Below the pieces are notes generated by a model. It did not search any database. It had not been told where the DNA came from and worked only from the letters and a program-made list of their open reading frames with translations. This document shows, piece by piece, positions 1 to 9,585 of a DNA stretch of 64,000 nt. Location of the stretch: the NCBI GenBank assembly GCA_021298395.1, contig JAJTFH010000003.1, positions 16,138 to 80,137 on the forward strand, in the 5' to 3' direction. The position numbers and the translations under genes are program-made. The stretch's first letter is position 1; each line of letters starts with the position of its first letter. This DNA comes from Gemmatimonadota bacterium. Its GTDB lineage: Bacteria; Gemmatimonadota; Gemmatimonadetes; Gemmatimonadales; Gemmatimonadaceae.

Positions 1-1
1 C

Positions 2-721
2 TTCGAGGCCGTGCTCGGGAACCACGACACCATCGACGAGGTGGCGGCGCTCGCGGACCGGAGGTTCGACGGGATCCTCCTCGATCTCGGGGTCTCGTCC
101 AAGCAGATCGATGACGATGCGCGGGGGTTCTCCTTCCGCCCCGGGGTGGTGCTCGACATGCGGATGGATACCGCCCAGGTGATGACGGCGGCCGACTACT
201 TGAACACCGTCGAGGCGGAGTCGCTCACGGCGGTCTTCCGCGAGGCGGGGGACGAACCGAAGGCGCGCCGCCTCGCGCAGGAGATCGTGCGACGGCGCGC
301 GCGGGCCCCGTTCGCCGTGAGCGATGATCTCGTGGGGGCGATCCGCGCGGTGCTGGGGCCGCGCAGTGGGCCGTCGGAGTTCGCGCGGCTCTTTCAGGCC
401 GTGCGCATCGCGGTCAATGACGAGCTCGACGGGCTCCGCCACGCGCTGGTCTCGTTGCGCGACCGTCTCGTCCCGGGCGGGATCTTCGCGGTGATCAGCT
501 ATCACTCGGGGGAGGATCGCGTGGTGAAGCACGCGTTTCGGGCGTGGAGCACGGCGTGCACCTGTCCGCCGCGCCAGCCGCGGTGCCGCTGCGGGGGCGT
601 GGCGCTCGGCACCGCCGTCACACGGAAGGCGATCCTCGCCACGGGCGAGGAGATCGCGCGGAATCCACGGGCACGGAGTGCCAAGCTGCGTATCTGGCGC
701 CGCGCCGGCGAGGCGCACTGA
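2..721 (+). CDS. rsmH: 16S rRNA (cytosine1402-N4)-methyltransferase RsmH/MraW, C-terminal part (5' end outside window)
   Basis: The reading frame of ORF 11..721 is open to the window edge. Family-typical segments are DGILLDLGVSSKQID, VISYHSGEDRVVK and NPRARSAKLR. It sits at the head of a dcw cluster. Confidence 0.9.
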   Translation, partial: FEAVLGNHDTIDEVAALADRRFDGILLDLGVSSKQIDDDARGFSFRPGVVLDMRMDTAQVMTAADYLNTVEAESLTAVFREAGDEPKARRLAQEIVRRRARAPFAVSDDLVGAIRAVLGPRSGPSEFARLFQAVRIAVNDELDGLRHALVSLRDRLVPGGIFAVISYHSGEDRVVKHAFRAWSTACTCPPRQPRCRCGGVALGTAVTRKAILATGEEIARNPRARSAKLRIWRRAGEAH

Positions 722-723
722 CC

Positions 724-1014
724 ATGCGCGGACGGACCAAGCTCCTGCTCGGCTTGCTCGGTTTCTTCCTCCTGGCCACAGGCGTCATATGGAGGCGGAG
801 TACGGGGCTCGCGCAGGCGCGCGAGCTGCGTGCCCTGGAGCAGCGGCGGACCGCCCTCGAGGCCACGGAGGCTGCGCTCGAGGGTGCGATCCGTGATGCG
901 TCCAGCCGCGCTCGTCTCGCGCGTTCGGTTGAGGAGCGTCTCGGCCTCCGCGTGCCCGCCGAGAGTCTCGTCATCCGTCTCCCACGTCCTGCCCCGGGGT
1001 CCGTCCCACCGTGA
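724..1014 (+). CDS. FtsL-like small bitopic division protein (positional call)
   Basis: ATG at 724, inside ORF 544..1014, lies 3 nt after the rsmH stop. The 96-aa product has one N-terminal TM helix (LLLGLLGFFLLATGVIW) followed by a Leu/Ala/Glu/Arg-rich helical segment. It sits between rsmH and ftsI, and its stop overlaps the ftsI GTG (GTGA). I recognise no family motif. Confidence 0.55.
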   Translation: MRGRTKLLLGLLGFFLLATGVIWRRSTGLAQARELRALEQRRTALEATEAALEGAIRDASSRARLARSVEERLGLRVPAESLVIRLPRPAPGSVPP

Positions 1015-3056
1015 TTCGCGTCAGTCGCCTCGGCCTCGTGCAGGGGGCATTCCTCCTCTTCGCCGGCGCGCTCCTGCTGCGTGCGGCGTGGATCCAGCTC
1101 TACCAGCGCGACCGCTGGTCGGAGACGGCGCGCGCGCAGCAGACGGTCGAGAAGGAGCTCCCGCCCCGGCGCGGGGCGATCCTCGATCGCGCGGGAACGG
1201 TGCTCGTCGAGAGTCGGTCGCTCGTCCGGTTGGACATCGCGCCCACCGAGGTGCGTGACCGTGCGGTGCTGCGCGCGGCCCTCCAGCGGAGTGGGGTCCC
1301 AGAGACCTTCATCGCCCGGGCCACCGATCCCAAGCGGAAGTGGGTCGAACTCCCCGGACGATTCCTCTCGACCGAGGTCGAGGATCTGCTGGCGATGCGC
1401 GGGGTGCACCCGCGGCCGGTGCTCGAACGGGTCCCCCCGCCCACGCAGGGGCTGCGCAATCTCCTCGGGACCACCGATCGCGATGGGCAGGCGGTGGGGG
1501 GCGTCGAGGCGTCATTGAATGCGCTGCTCGAGGGGGAGAAGGGGCGCACCGTGTTGGTCCGCACGGGGCGCGCCGGGGCCCTCGCCTCGCCGGAAGAGCG
1601 GAGCGTGGCGCCCGTGGATGGGCAGTCGGTGGTCCTGACGATCCATCAGCCGTTGCAGGACATCGCGGAGCGCGTGCTGACCGATGCGATCACCGAACGC
1701 AACGCGCGCGGGGGGGATGTGCTCCTCCTCGACCCGCACAGCGGGGAGATCCGCGCGCTGGCGAGTCGGCGGGCGCGGGCCGATGCCTCGGGCGCGACGG
1801 CGCTCACCGAGCCCTATGAGCCCGGCTCGACGATGAAGCCCTTCATCGCGGCGGCGCTCATCGAGCGGGGGCGCGTCACCCTCGACGAGGTCATCCCCAC
1901 CTACAATGGGGAGATCGAGCGCTTCGGCCGCACGATCAAGGACGTGCATCCGGCGGCGTCGATGACGGTCGCCGAGGTGATCAGTCAATCGTCGAACGTC
2001 GGGATCATCCAACTCGCCGAGCGGCTCACCCTGCGGGAGCAATACGAGGCGCTGCGTGATGTGGGGTTCGGGATGGTGACCGGGGTCCCCTATCCTTCGG
2101 AATCCCCGGGCCGGTTGCGTCCGACGGCGGAGTGGTCGAAGCAGTCGCCGGCCTCGCTCGCGATGGGCTACGAGGTCTCCGTGACGCCGCTCCAGTTGGC
2201 GATGGCGTACGCAGCGTTCGCGAATGGGGGGGAATTGCTCGAGCCGACGCTCGTGCGCGAGGTGCGGGGCCCCGATGGGGCGGTGCGCTTCCGGGCGCCG
2301 CGTCGCACGGTGCGGCGGGTGATGTCGCCGAGCACGGCGGCGACGATGCGGAAGTTGCTGCGCGACGTGGTGACGACGGGGACGGGAGGGCGGGCCGATC
2401 TCGCGGGATACGGCGTCGCCGGGAAGTCCGGGACGGCGCGACGGATGCGCGATGATGGGCGGGGGTATGAGGACGGCGCATACACGGCGAGCTTCGTCGG
2501 GTTCTTCCCCGCGGAGGATCCGCAGCTCGTGATCTTGGTGAAGCTCGATGCCCCAGAGGGGGCGTTCTATGGGGGTGAGATCGCGGCGCCGGTGACGAAG
2601 GCGGTGTTGCAGGCGGCGCTGGCGGCGCGGGATGGGGCGCTCGAGTTGAGGGGCGCCCCCACGGCACCGGCGGCGCCGGTGATCGCGCGTGCGATGGCTG
2701 ATGATCGGACGGTGGTACCCGCGGTGGGTGCCACGCCGACGGTCCCGGAGACGACGAGCCAGGTGGCCGTGGTGGCGCCCGTCGTCGAGGCGCCGCCTCG
2801 CGATCGCTCCGATGCGCCCGTCGTGGTCGATCTCGCCGTGTCGGTGAGCCCGCCGCGGCGCGTGGTGATCTCGCGCCCGGTACCGGAGGTGCGTGGGCTC
2901 TCGACCCGGGCGGCGGTGCGCACGTTGCATCGGGCGGGCTTCCGCGTGACGATCGATGCGATGGGATCAGCGGGGGAGACCTCGCCCTCCGCGGGGACCA
3001 TCCTCCCCTCGGGGAGCGTGGTGCGATTCGCGCCGGTGCGTGGGAGCGAGCGATGA
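1011..3056 (+). CDS. ftsI: Peptidoglycan D,D-transpeptidase FtsI (class B PBP) with a long Ala/Pro/Val linker and a C-terminal PASTA domain
   Basis: 681 aa. It has an N-terminal TM anchor and the penicillin-binding motifs STMK (SxxK), SSN (SxN) and KSGT (KTG-like). The C-terminal PVPEVRGLSTRAAVRTLHRAGFRVTIDAMG...PSAGTILPSGSVVRF is PASTA-like. Position in the dcw cluster agrees. Confidence 0.9.
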   Translation: MIRVSRLGLVQGAFLLFAGALLLRAAWIQLYQRDRWSETARAQQTVEKELPPRRGAILDRAGTVLVESRSLVRLDIAPTEVRDRAVLRAALQRSGVPETFIARATDPKRKWVELPGRFLSTEVEDLLAMRGVHPRPVLERVPPPTQGLRNLLGTTDRDGQAVGGVEASLNALLEGEKGRTVLVRTGRAGALASPEERSVAPVDGQSVVLTIHQPLQDIAERVLTDAITERNARGGDVLLLDPHSGEIRALASRRARADASGATALTEPYEPGSTMKPFIAAALIERGRVTLDEVIPTYNGEIERFGRTIKDVHPAASMTVAEVISQSSNVGIIQLAERLTLREQYEALRDVGFGMVTGVPYPSESPGRLRPTAEWSKQSPASLAMGYEVSVTPLQLAMAYAAFANGGELLEPTLVREVRGPDGAVRFRAPRRTVRRVMSPSTAATMRKLLRDVVTTGTGGRADLAGYGVAGKSGTARRMRDDGRGYEDGAYTASFVGFFPAEDPQLVILVKLDAPEGAFYGGEIAAPVTKAVLQAALAARDGALELRGAPTAPAAPVIARAMADDRTVVPAVGATPTVPETTSQVAVVAPVVEAPPRDRSDAPVVVDLAVSVSPPRRVVISRPVPEVRGLSTRAAVRTLHRAGFRVTIDAMGSAGETSPSAGTILPSGSVVRFAPVRGSER

Positions 3057-4543
3057 CGGCGCAGGGGGCGGGCCAGCCGGGGATGGTCGAGCGGATCCGC
3101 GTGGCGCTCGAGCGCGCGGGGCAGTTGGTCGAGGTCCGTGGCGAGCTCCCGGCGGCGATCACCGGGCTCACCGACGACAGTCGGCAGGTGACGCCAGGGA
3201 GCTGCTTCGTCGCGGTACGTGGGAGCGCGCGGGATGGACATGACTTCCTCCCCACGGTGCAGCAGGCGAAGGCGGGACTCGTGATCGCGGAGGACCCGGC
3301 GGCGTGCCCCGTGCCCGCGTTCGTGGTGCGCGAGAGTCGTGTCGCGGCTGCGGTCGCGGCCTCGGCGTACTATGGCGATCCGGCGACGCAGCTCACGCTG
3401 ATCGGCGTGACGGGGACGAACGGCAAGACGACCACGGTGCATCTCCTGCGCCATCTGCTCGATGCGCCGGCGGGGCGTGCGGCGAGCATCGGGACGATCG
3501 GGGTGCGGATCGGGGGCGAGGGACGGACGCTGCCGGGTGGGTCAGGGCTCACGACCCCTGGGCCGATTGAGCTCCACCGGGTCCTGCGCGCCCTGATCGA
3601 GGCCGGCGTGACGACGGTTGCGATGGAGTGCTCGTCGCACGCGCTCCATCAGCGACGCATGCATGGGCTCACCTATGCGGCCGCGGTCTACACCAACCTC
3701 ACGCGCGAGCATCTCGACTATCACGGCACGATGGCAGCGTATCGCGACGCGAAGGCGTTGCTGCTGGCGCAGCTCGCCCCGACCGGGACGGCGATCATCA
3801 ACGCCGATGACCCGATGTGGGCGGGGCTTCCCGTGGTGCCGCAGACGATGCGCTTCTCCATGGCCGATGCCGAGGCGGCCGTCTGCGCCGCGGATCTCCG
3901 CTATCGCGCCGGCGGGAGCGACTGGACCCTCGTCACCCCGCAGGGACGGTTCCCGGTCGCCTTCCCGTTGATGGGGGACTTCAACGTCGCCAACGCGCTG
4001 GCGGCCGCCGGTGCGGCGCTCGCGGTCGGGATGTCGGCTGCGACGATCGCTGAACGGTTGGGGAGCGTCCCGCAGGTCCCGGGGCGGCTCGAGGTGCTGC
4101 ACGAGCATCCCACGGTGTTGCGGGACTACGCCCACACCCCTGATGCCTACGAGCGCGTGTTGACCGCGCTGCGGCCCTACACCGCGGGTCGGATCATCCT
4201 CGTCTTCGGGTGCGGCGGGGACCGCGACCGGGGGAAGCGTCCGCTCATGGCGACCGTGGCGCATCGGCTCGCCGATCGTCTCGTCATTACCGATGACAAT
4301 CCGCGCACCGAGGACCCCGATCGGATCATCGCCGACACGGTGGCGCCCCTGCCACCGGGGAGCTACGAGGTGATCCGCGACCGTCGCGAAGGGATCGCGC
4401 ACGCGCTCCGCCTCGCCGACCCGGCAAAGGACGTGGTGCTGATGGTCGGGAAGGGTCCGGACACTTATCAGATCTATGGGACGACCAAATCCCCCTTCGA
4501 TGAGCGCGAGATCGTGCTCGATCTCCTCCGAGGGTCAGCATGA
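3053..4543 (+). CDS. murE: UDP-N-acetylmuramoyl-L-alanyl-D-glutamate--2,6-diaminopimelate ligase
   Basis: 496 aa. It has the Mur ligase P-loop GVTGTNGKTTT and a DNPR motif (TDDNPRTEDP), which is associated with meso-DAP specificity. ATGA overlap with ftsI. Confidence 0.93.
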   Translation: MTAQGAGQPGMVERIRVALERAGQLVEVRGELPAAITGLTDDSRQVTPGSCFVAVRGSARDGHDFLPTVQQAKAGLVIAEDPAACPVPAFVVRESRVAAAVAASAYYGDPATQLTLIGVTGTNGKTTTVHLLRHLLDAPAGRAASIGTIGVRIGGEGRTLPGGSGLTTPGPIELHRVLRALIEAGVTTVAMECSSHALHQRRMHGLTYAAAVYTNLTREHLDYHGTMAAYRDAKALLLAQLAPTGTAIINADDPMWAGLPVVPQTMRFSMADAEAAVCAADLRYRAGGSDWTLVTPQGRFPVAFPLMGDFNVANALAAAGAALAVGMSAATIAERLGSVPQVPGRLEVLHEHPTVLRDYAHTPDAYERVLTALRPYTAGRIILVFGCGGDRDRGKRPLMATVAHRLADRLVITDDNPRTEDPDRIIADTVAPLPPGSYEVIRDRREGIAHALRLADPAKDVVLMVGKGPDTYQIYGTTKSPFDEREIVLDLLRGSA

Positions 4544-5865
4544 GCTTCTGGACCGTGGAGCGGGTGGCGGCGGCGCTGGGACAGGGCCCCTCGGATGGAC
4601 GTCCATTGGGCGGGATCACGACCGATACGCGGGCCTTGGCGCCCGGGAGCTGTTTCGTCGCGCTTCGTGGCGAGCGGTTCGACGCGCATGACTATCTCGC
4701 CCAGGCGGTCACCGCCGGCGCGGCGGCGCTCGTCGTCGAGGATGCGACCCGCACCGCCGGCCTCGGCGTCCCCGTCTTCACCGTCGAGGACACGCATCTG
4801 GCTCTCGCCGATCTCGCCCGCTATCGGCGACTGGCGTGGGCGCGTCCCGTGGTGGCGGTCGGCGGGAGCAATGGGAAGACGAGCACCAAGGAGCTCCTGA
4901 AAGCGGTGCTCGGCAGTCGGCTCCGCGTGCACGCGACGACGGGGAATCTCAACAATCGTGTCGGCGTGCCACTGACGCTGCTCGCGCTCGATGATGCCGC
5001 GGATGTCGCGGTGATCGAGGTGGGGACGAACCAGCCGGGTGAGATCGCCTTCCTCCGTGACGTCGTACGCCCCGATCTGGCGGTGGTGACGACGGTGCAG
5101 GAGGAACATCTCGAAGGATTCGGGGACCTCGCCGGGGTGATGGCCGAGGAGCTCGCCCTCTGCGACGAGGTACCGATCGCGGTGGTGCCCGCGGCAGAAC
5201 CCGAGGTGGTGGCCGAGGCGACGCGGCGCGCGGGACGGGTGGTCGCGGTCACGGTGCCCACCACGAGCGGGGTGCACGCCGATGGTCTGGGGTGGATCGA
5301 CCTCGAGGGCACGCGCGTCGAGCTCCCGCTCCGCGGGCGCCACAACGTGGCGAACGCCGCGCTCGCGCTCGCCGTGGGACGGGAGTTCGGGATCGCCATC
5401 GCGGATGCCGCGCGTGGGATCGCCGCGATGCCGCTCCCCTCGATGCGCTCGGCGGTCACCCCGCTCGGGCGCGCCCTCCTATTGAATGACGCGTACAATG
5501 CGAATCCGGGCTCGGCGAAGGCGGCGCTCGCGCTGCTCACCGATATCGGGGCGGGGCGCCAGCGCGTCGTCGTGCTGGGGACGATGCGCGAGTTGGGAGC
5601 GGCGGCGGCGCGGGCGCACCGCGAGGTGGCCGAGGTGGCGCTCGCCGGGGGCTTTGATCTGATCTGTGGGATCGGGGAGTTCGTCCCCGCGCTCGAGCAG
5701 CTCGCGCTGGGGGATCCGCGTATCCTCCTCGCCAACGATGTCGAGGATCTCTGGCCGCAGCTGCAGCCGCGACTCGCGCCCGACGCCGCCATCCTCTTGA
5801 AGGCCTCTCGCGGGGTCGCGCTCGAACGCCTGGTCCCGCCTCTCACCACCTGGGCGACTGCCTGA
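4540..5865 (+). CDS. murF: UDP-N-acetylmuramoyl-tripeptide--D-alanyl-D-alanine ligase
   Basis: 441 aa. Mur ligase P-loop GGSNGKTSTKE. It sits between murE and mraY, with an ATGA overlap with murE. Confidence 0.9.
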   Translation: MSFWTVERVAAALGQGPSDGRPLGGITTDTRALAPGSCFVALRGERFDAHDYLAQAVTAGAAALVVEDATRTAGLGVPVFTVEDTHLALADLARYRRLAWARPVVAVGGSNGKTSTKELLKAVLGSRLRVHATTGNLNNRVGVPLTLLALDDAADVAVIEVGTNQPGEIAFLRDVVRPDLAVVTTVQEEHLEGFGDLAGVMAEELALCDEVPIAVVPAAEPEVVAEATRRAGRVVAVTVPTTSGVHADGLGWIDLEGTRVELPLRGRHNVANAALALAVGREFGIAIADAARGIAAMPLPSMRSAVTPLGRALLLNDAYNANPGSAKAALALLTDIGAGRQRVVVLGTMRELGAAAARAHREVAEVALAGGFDLICGIGEFVPALEQLALGDPRILLANDVEDLWPQLQPRLAPDAAILLKASRGVALERLVPPLTTWATA

Positions 5866-6995
5866 TGCTCTACGAGTTCCTCCTCCCCCTCACGCGCTAC
5901 GAGAGCGGATTCAACATCATCCGCTACATCTCGTTCCGGGCGGCGGGCGCCGCCATGACGGCGCTCCTCATCTCCTTCGTCCTCGGCCCCATGCTCCTGC
6001 GCGTGCTGCAACGGATGCAGGTCCATCAGGTCGTGCGCGACGGGACCCCCGACACGCATGCGGGGAAGGGGACGACCCCGACGATGGGAGGCCTGATCAT
6101 CCTCGCGGCGATCGCCCTCGCGACGCTGTGCTGGATGCGCTTCGACAGTCGCTATGTCTGGCTCGCGCTCGTCGTGACGCTCGGGATGGGGGCGATCGGC
6201 TTCCTCGATGACTACCTGAAGCTGATGCAGAAGCGCGCCGGCCAGGAGAACCGGGGACTCGTCGAGCGCTACAAGCTCGCGGGGCAGGTGACGATCGGAC
6301 TCGCGCTCGGGCTCGTCATCTGGCAGTGGCCATTGAGTCAGCTCTCGGGGACGGCGACGACGCTCCCCTTCTATAAGTACCTGCTCGTGACGCTGCCCCC
6401 CGCCACCTATCTCGCCTTCGTCACCTTCGTGATGACGGGGACGAGTAATGCGGTGAACCTCACCGATGGGCTGGATGGCCTGGCCTCCGGGCTGATGGCG
6501 ATCGCGATGCTCACGATGGCGGTCTTCGCCTACGTGATGGGGCGCGTGGACGCGTCGGAGTATCTGCAGATCTTCTATCTGCGCGGGGCGGGGGAGCTCA
6601 CGATCTTCTGCGCGGCGGTCTTCGGCGCGGCGGCGGGGTTCCTCTGGTACAACGCACACCCGGCGCAGGTCTTCATGGGAGACACCGGTTCGCTCGCCCT
6701 CGGCGGAGCCTTGGGTGCGGTGGCGATCCTCCTCAAGAGCGAGTTCCTCGTGCTGATCGTCGGTGGCGTCTTCGTGGCGGAGACGGTCTCGGTGATCGTC
6801 CAGCGCTCGACCTTCAAGTGGCGTCGTCGCCGGCATGGGCTCGAGTATGCGAGAGCGCATCGCGTCTTCCTGCGCGCGCCGATCCATCATCATTTCGAGT
6901 TGAAGGGGTGGCCGGAGACGCAGGTGGTGGTGCGCTTCTGGCTCCTCGGGATCCTCTGCGCCTTCCTGGCGCTCTCCACGCTCAAGATCCGATGA
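5865..6995 (+). CDS. mraY: Phospho-N-acetylmuramoyl-pentapeptide transferase
   Basis: 376 aa polytopic membrane protein. MraY-typical segments are GTPTMGG, NAVNLTDGLDGLA and HHHFE. 1-nt overlap with the murF stop. Confidence 0.95.
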   Translation: MLYEFLLPLTRYESGFNIIRYISFRAAGAAMTALLISFVLGPMLLRVLQRMQVHQVVRDGTPDTHAGKGTTPTMGGLIILAAIALATLCWMRFDSRYVWLALVVTLGMGAIGFLDDYLKLMQKRAGQENRGLVERYKLAGQVTIGLALGLVIWQWPLSQLSGTATTLPFYKYLLVTLPPATYLAFVTFVMTGTSNAVNLTDGLDGLASGLMAIAMLTMAVFAYVMGRVDASEYLQIFYLRGAGELTIFCAAVFGAAAGFLWYNAHPAQVFMGDTGSLALGGALGAVAILLKSEFLVLIVGGVFVAETVSVIVQRSTFKWRRRRHGLEYARAHRVFLRAPIHHHFELKGWPETQVVVRFWLLGILCAFLALSTLKIR

Positions 6996-8374
6996 CGTCG
7001 CAGGGTCTGGCGGCGCTCGTCGATGCGGGCGAGGTCGCGGTGATCGGGCTCGGGGCGAGTGGGGCGGCGGCGGCCCGTCTGTTCGCACGGGCCGGGGCGC
7101 GCGTCTATGTGAGCGATGCGGGGCGGGGTGATCGGGTGCAGCAGGTGGCGGCCGCGTTGCGCGCGGAGGGGGTCGACGCCGAGTCGGGTGCGCACGACCT
7201 CGCGCGGATCGCTCGGGCCGGGACGGTCGTCGTGAGTCCCGGGGTGCCGCCGAGCGCGCCGCCGGTGGCGGCGGCTCATGACCGTGGGATCCCCGTCCTC
7301 TCGGAGATCGATGTCGCGCTCCGGGCGCTCCCGGCGCTCACCTACATCGCGACCACCGGGACGAACGGGAAGACCACCGTCACCGCGCTGATCGGGCATC
7401 TGCTCCGGGCGGTCGGCCGTGACGCCGTCGAGGCGGGGAACATCGGGACCCCGCTCGCCGAGATCGCGATGCGTGAGGCGCCGCCGGCGTGGGCCTCGCT
7501 GGAGCTCTCGAGCTTCCAGCTGCACGACACGCCATCGGTCGCCCCACGGGTGGCGGTGCTCACCAACCTGAGCCCCGACCATCTCGATCGCTACGATTCG
7601 CTCGACGCCTACTACGGCGACAAGATGCGGCTCTTCGCGAACGCGACGGCGCAGTCGCTGCGCGTGGTGAATGGCGATGAGGCCGAGGTGAGGCGCCGCA
7701 CCGCCGGGATCGCGGGGCGCGCGCTCCGCTTCTCGCTCGCGGACAGCGCAGCCGAGGCGTGGTATGACCGCACGGGGGACCGGCTGATGCTCGCTGGGGC
7801 GCCGCTCCTGCCGCGCGCCGAGCTGCATCTCCTCGGTGATCACAACGTGGCCAACGCGCTCTGCGCCGCCCTCGCGGTCTGGGCGGCCGATCCGGCGCAC
7901 CAGACGGCGGAGGCGCGCGCCCGGCTCGCCGAGGGGCTCCGCTCCTTCCGCGCGATCCCGCATCGGGTGGAGCCGGTGGGGGAGGTCGGCGGGGTGCTCT
8001 GGGTGAACGACTCCAAGGCGACGAACATCGGCGCGGCGCGTGTCGCGCTCGAGGGGATGACTCGCCCGGTGATCCTCTTGCTCGGGGGGCGTCACAAGGG
8101 GGAGCCGTACTCGGCGATGCTCGACGCCATCCGCGCGCACTGCAAGATGGTCCTCGCCTACGGCGAGGCGGCGCCCCAGGTGGTCGCGGACCTTGAGGGC
8201 CATGTGCCCGTCGAGCGGCTCGGATCGTCATTCGAGGACGTCATCGCGCGGGCGCGTGCCCTCGCGGCGCCCGGTGACGTGGTCCTCTTGGCCCCCGCCT
8301 GCTCGAGCTACGACATGTTCACCGACTATCTGCATCGCGGCGAGACCTTCCGTCGGCTCGCCCTCGGCGCGTGA
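6992..8374 (+). CDS. murD: UDP-N-acetylmuramoylalanine--D-glutamate ligase
   Basis: Start taken at ATG 6992 (ATGA overlap with the mraY stop), inside the longer ORF 6818..8374. It has an N-terminal Rossmann segment VIGLGASGAAAARL and the P-loop TGTNGKTT. Confidence 0.9.
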   Translation: MTSQGLAALVDAGEVAVIGLGASGAAAARLFARAGARVYVSDAGRGDRVQQVAAALRAEGVDAESGAHDLARIARAGTVVVSPGVPPSAPPVAAAHDRGIPVLSEIDVALRALPALTYIATTGTNGKTTVTALIGHLLRAVGRDAVEAGNIGTPLAEIAMREAPPAWASLELSSFQLHDTPSVAPRVAVLTNLSPDHLDRYDSLDAYYGDKMRLFANATAQSLRVVNGDEAEVRRRTAGIAGRALRFSLADSAAEAWYDRTGDRLMLAGAPLLPRAELHLLGDHNVANALCAALAVWAADPAHQTAEARARLAEGLRSFRAIPHRVEPVGEVGGVLWVNDSKATNIGAARVALEGMTRPVILLLGGRHKGEPYSAMLDAIRAHCKMVLAYGEAAPQVVADLEGHVPVERLGSSFEDVIARARALAAPGDVVLLAPACSSYDMFTDYLHRGETFRRLALGA

Positions 8375-9585
8375 CCGCGCCGCCGATCCTCTGGAAGGAC
8401 GCTGAGTCGGCAGCGAGCGGCGATCGGTCCACCGGGGCGCGGTTCCGGTGGCGGATGTCGCTCGAGGCGCGGATCCTGATCGTCGTCACCGCGGTGCTCC
8501 TCGCCTTCGGGCTCGCGACCCTCTATTCGGCGAGCGCGGGGGTGGCGATGGCTGCCCAGCGCCCGAGTTGGCACTTCCTCTATCGCCAGTTGACCGGGGT
8601 GGTGGCGGGGCTCGTGGGATTCGCCGTCCTCGCCAAGGTCGATGCCGATCGCTGGCAGAAGTACGCCTGGGCAGGGATGGTCCTGACGATCATCGGCCTC
8701 TTGCTCACCGTGCTGCCCTTCACCCGGTCGATCGCGCCGCCGATCAACGGATCGCGTCGCTTCCTCCTCGGCGGATCGATCCAGCCCTCCGAGTTCGGCA
8801 AGCTCGCCCTTGTCGTCTGGACCGCGATGCTGATCGTGAAGAAGGGCGGGGAGCAGGGGCTCCGCCGCCTGGGCCAAGGACTCGCGCCCTTCGGCGCGAT
8901 CTTCGGGATCCTGGCCGCGCTCGTCGCGCTGGAGCCTGACGTCTCGGTCGCGCTCTTCTACGCCCTCGTGATGGGGGTGATGCTCTTCGCCGCCGGGGCG
9001 CGCATCGGGCACTTCGTCTTCTTGGGGATCGTCGGCCTCCCCTTCGTCTGGACCTTCGTCGGCAAGTTTGACTACATCGTGCGTCGGTTGCTCGGCTTCG
9101 TCGATGGGACCGATGGTACGGACGCGGTGAAGCACCAGCTGCAGCAGTCGCTGATCGCGGTGGGATCGGGCGGTCTCTTCGGCGTCGGGTTCGGACAGGG
9201 GCGGCAGCAGTTCGGCTTCCTCCCGCTCCCGTACAACGACTTCATCGGCAGCAACGTGGGGGAGGAGTGGGGGTTCGTCGGGTTGGCGGGGCTGATCGTG
9301 CTCTACGCGCTCTGGACCTGGCTCGGCTTCCGCATCGCGAAGCAGGCGCGTTCGCCGTTCCTTCAGCTGGTCGCGATCGGGCTCACCACCACGATGGTCT
9401 TCACCGCCTATCTGCATCTCGGCGTCGTGATCGGGCTGCTCCCGACCACGGGACTCACCCTGCCGTTCGTCTCGTACGGGCGCTCGAACATCATGCTCTC
9501 GCTCTTCATCACGGGGCTCCTGGTGAACATCGGGAGTGACCGCGAGCGCGTGGGTGGTCGCACGCCCACGTCGGACGCGCGATGA
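8371..9585 (+). CDS. ftsW: SEDS-family lipid II flippase / peptidoglycan polymerase FtsW
   Basis: 404 aa polytopic membrane protein. The SEDS-typical segment is LPLPYNDFIGSNVGEEWGFVG. It sits between murD and murG. The start is uncertain: GTG 8371 (GTGA overlap) or ATG 8455. Confidence 0.85.
   Translation: MTAPPILWKDAESAASGDRSTGARFRWRMSLEARILIVVTAVLLAFGLATLYSASAGVAMAAQRPSWHFLYRQLTGVVAGLVGFAVLAKVDADRWQKYAWAGMVLTIIGLLLTVLPFTRSIAPPINGSRRFLLGGSIQPSEFGKLALVVWTAMLIVKKGGEQGLRRLGQGLAPFGAIFGILAALVALEPDVSVALFYALVMGVMLFAAGARIGHFVFLGIVGLPFVWTFVGKFDYIVRRLLGFVDGTDGTDAVKHQLQQSLIAVGSGGLFGVGFGQGRQQFGFLPLPYNDFIGSNVGEEWGFVGLAGLIVLYALWTWLGFRIAKQARSPFLQLVAIGLTTTMVFTAYLHLGVVIGLLPTTGLTLPFVSYGRSNIMLSLFITGLLVNIGSDRERVGGRTPTSDAR

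Noticed and set aside
4821-7088. A 755-aa ORF on the minus strand, the longest ORF in the track.
   Set aside because: It is antisense to murF and mraY, which have clear family motifs. Its translation is Arg/Pro/Gly/Ala-rich low complexity with no recognisable motif. Long stop-free antisense frames are expected at this GC content.
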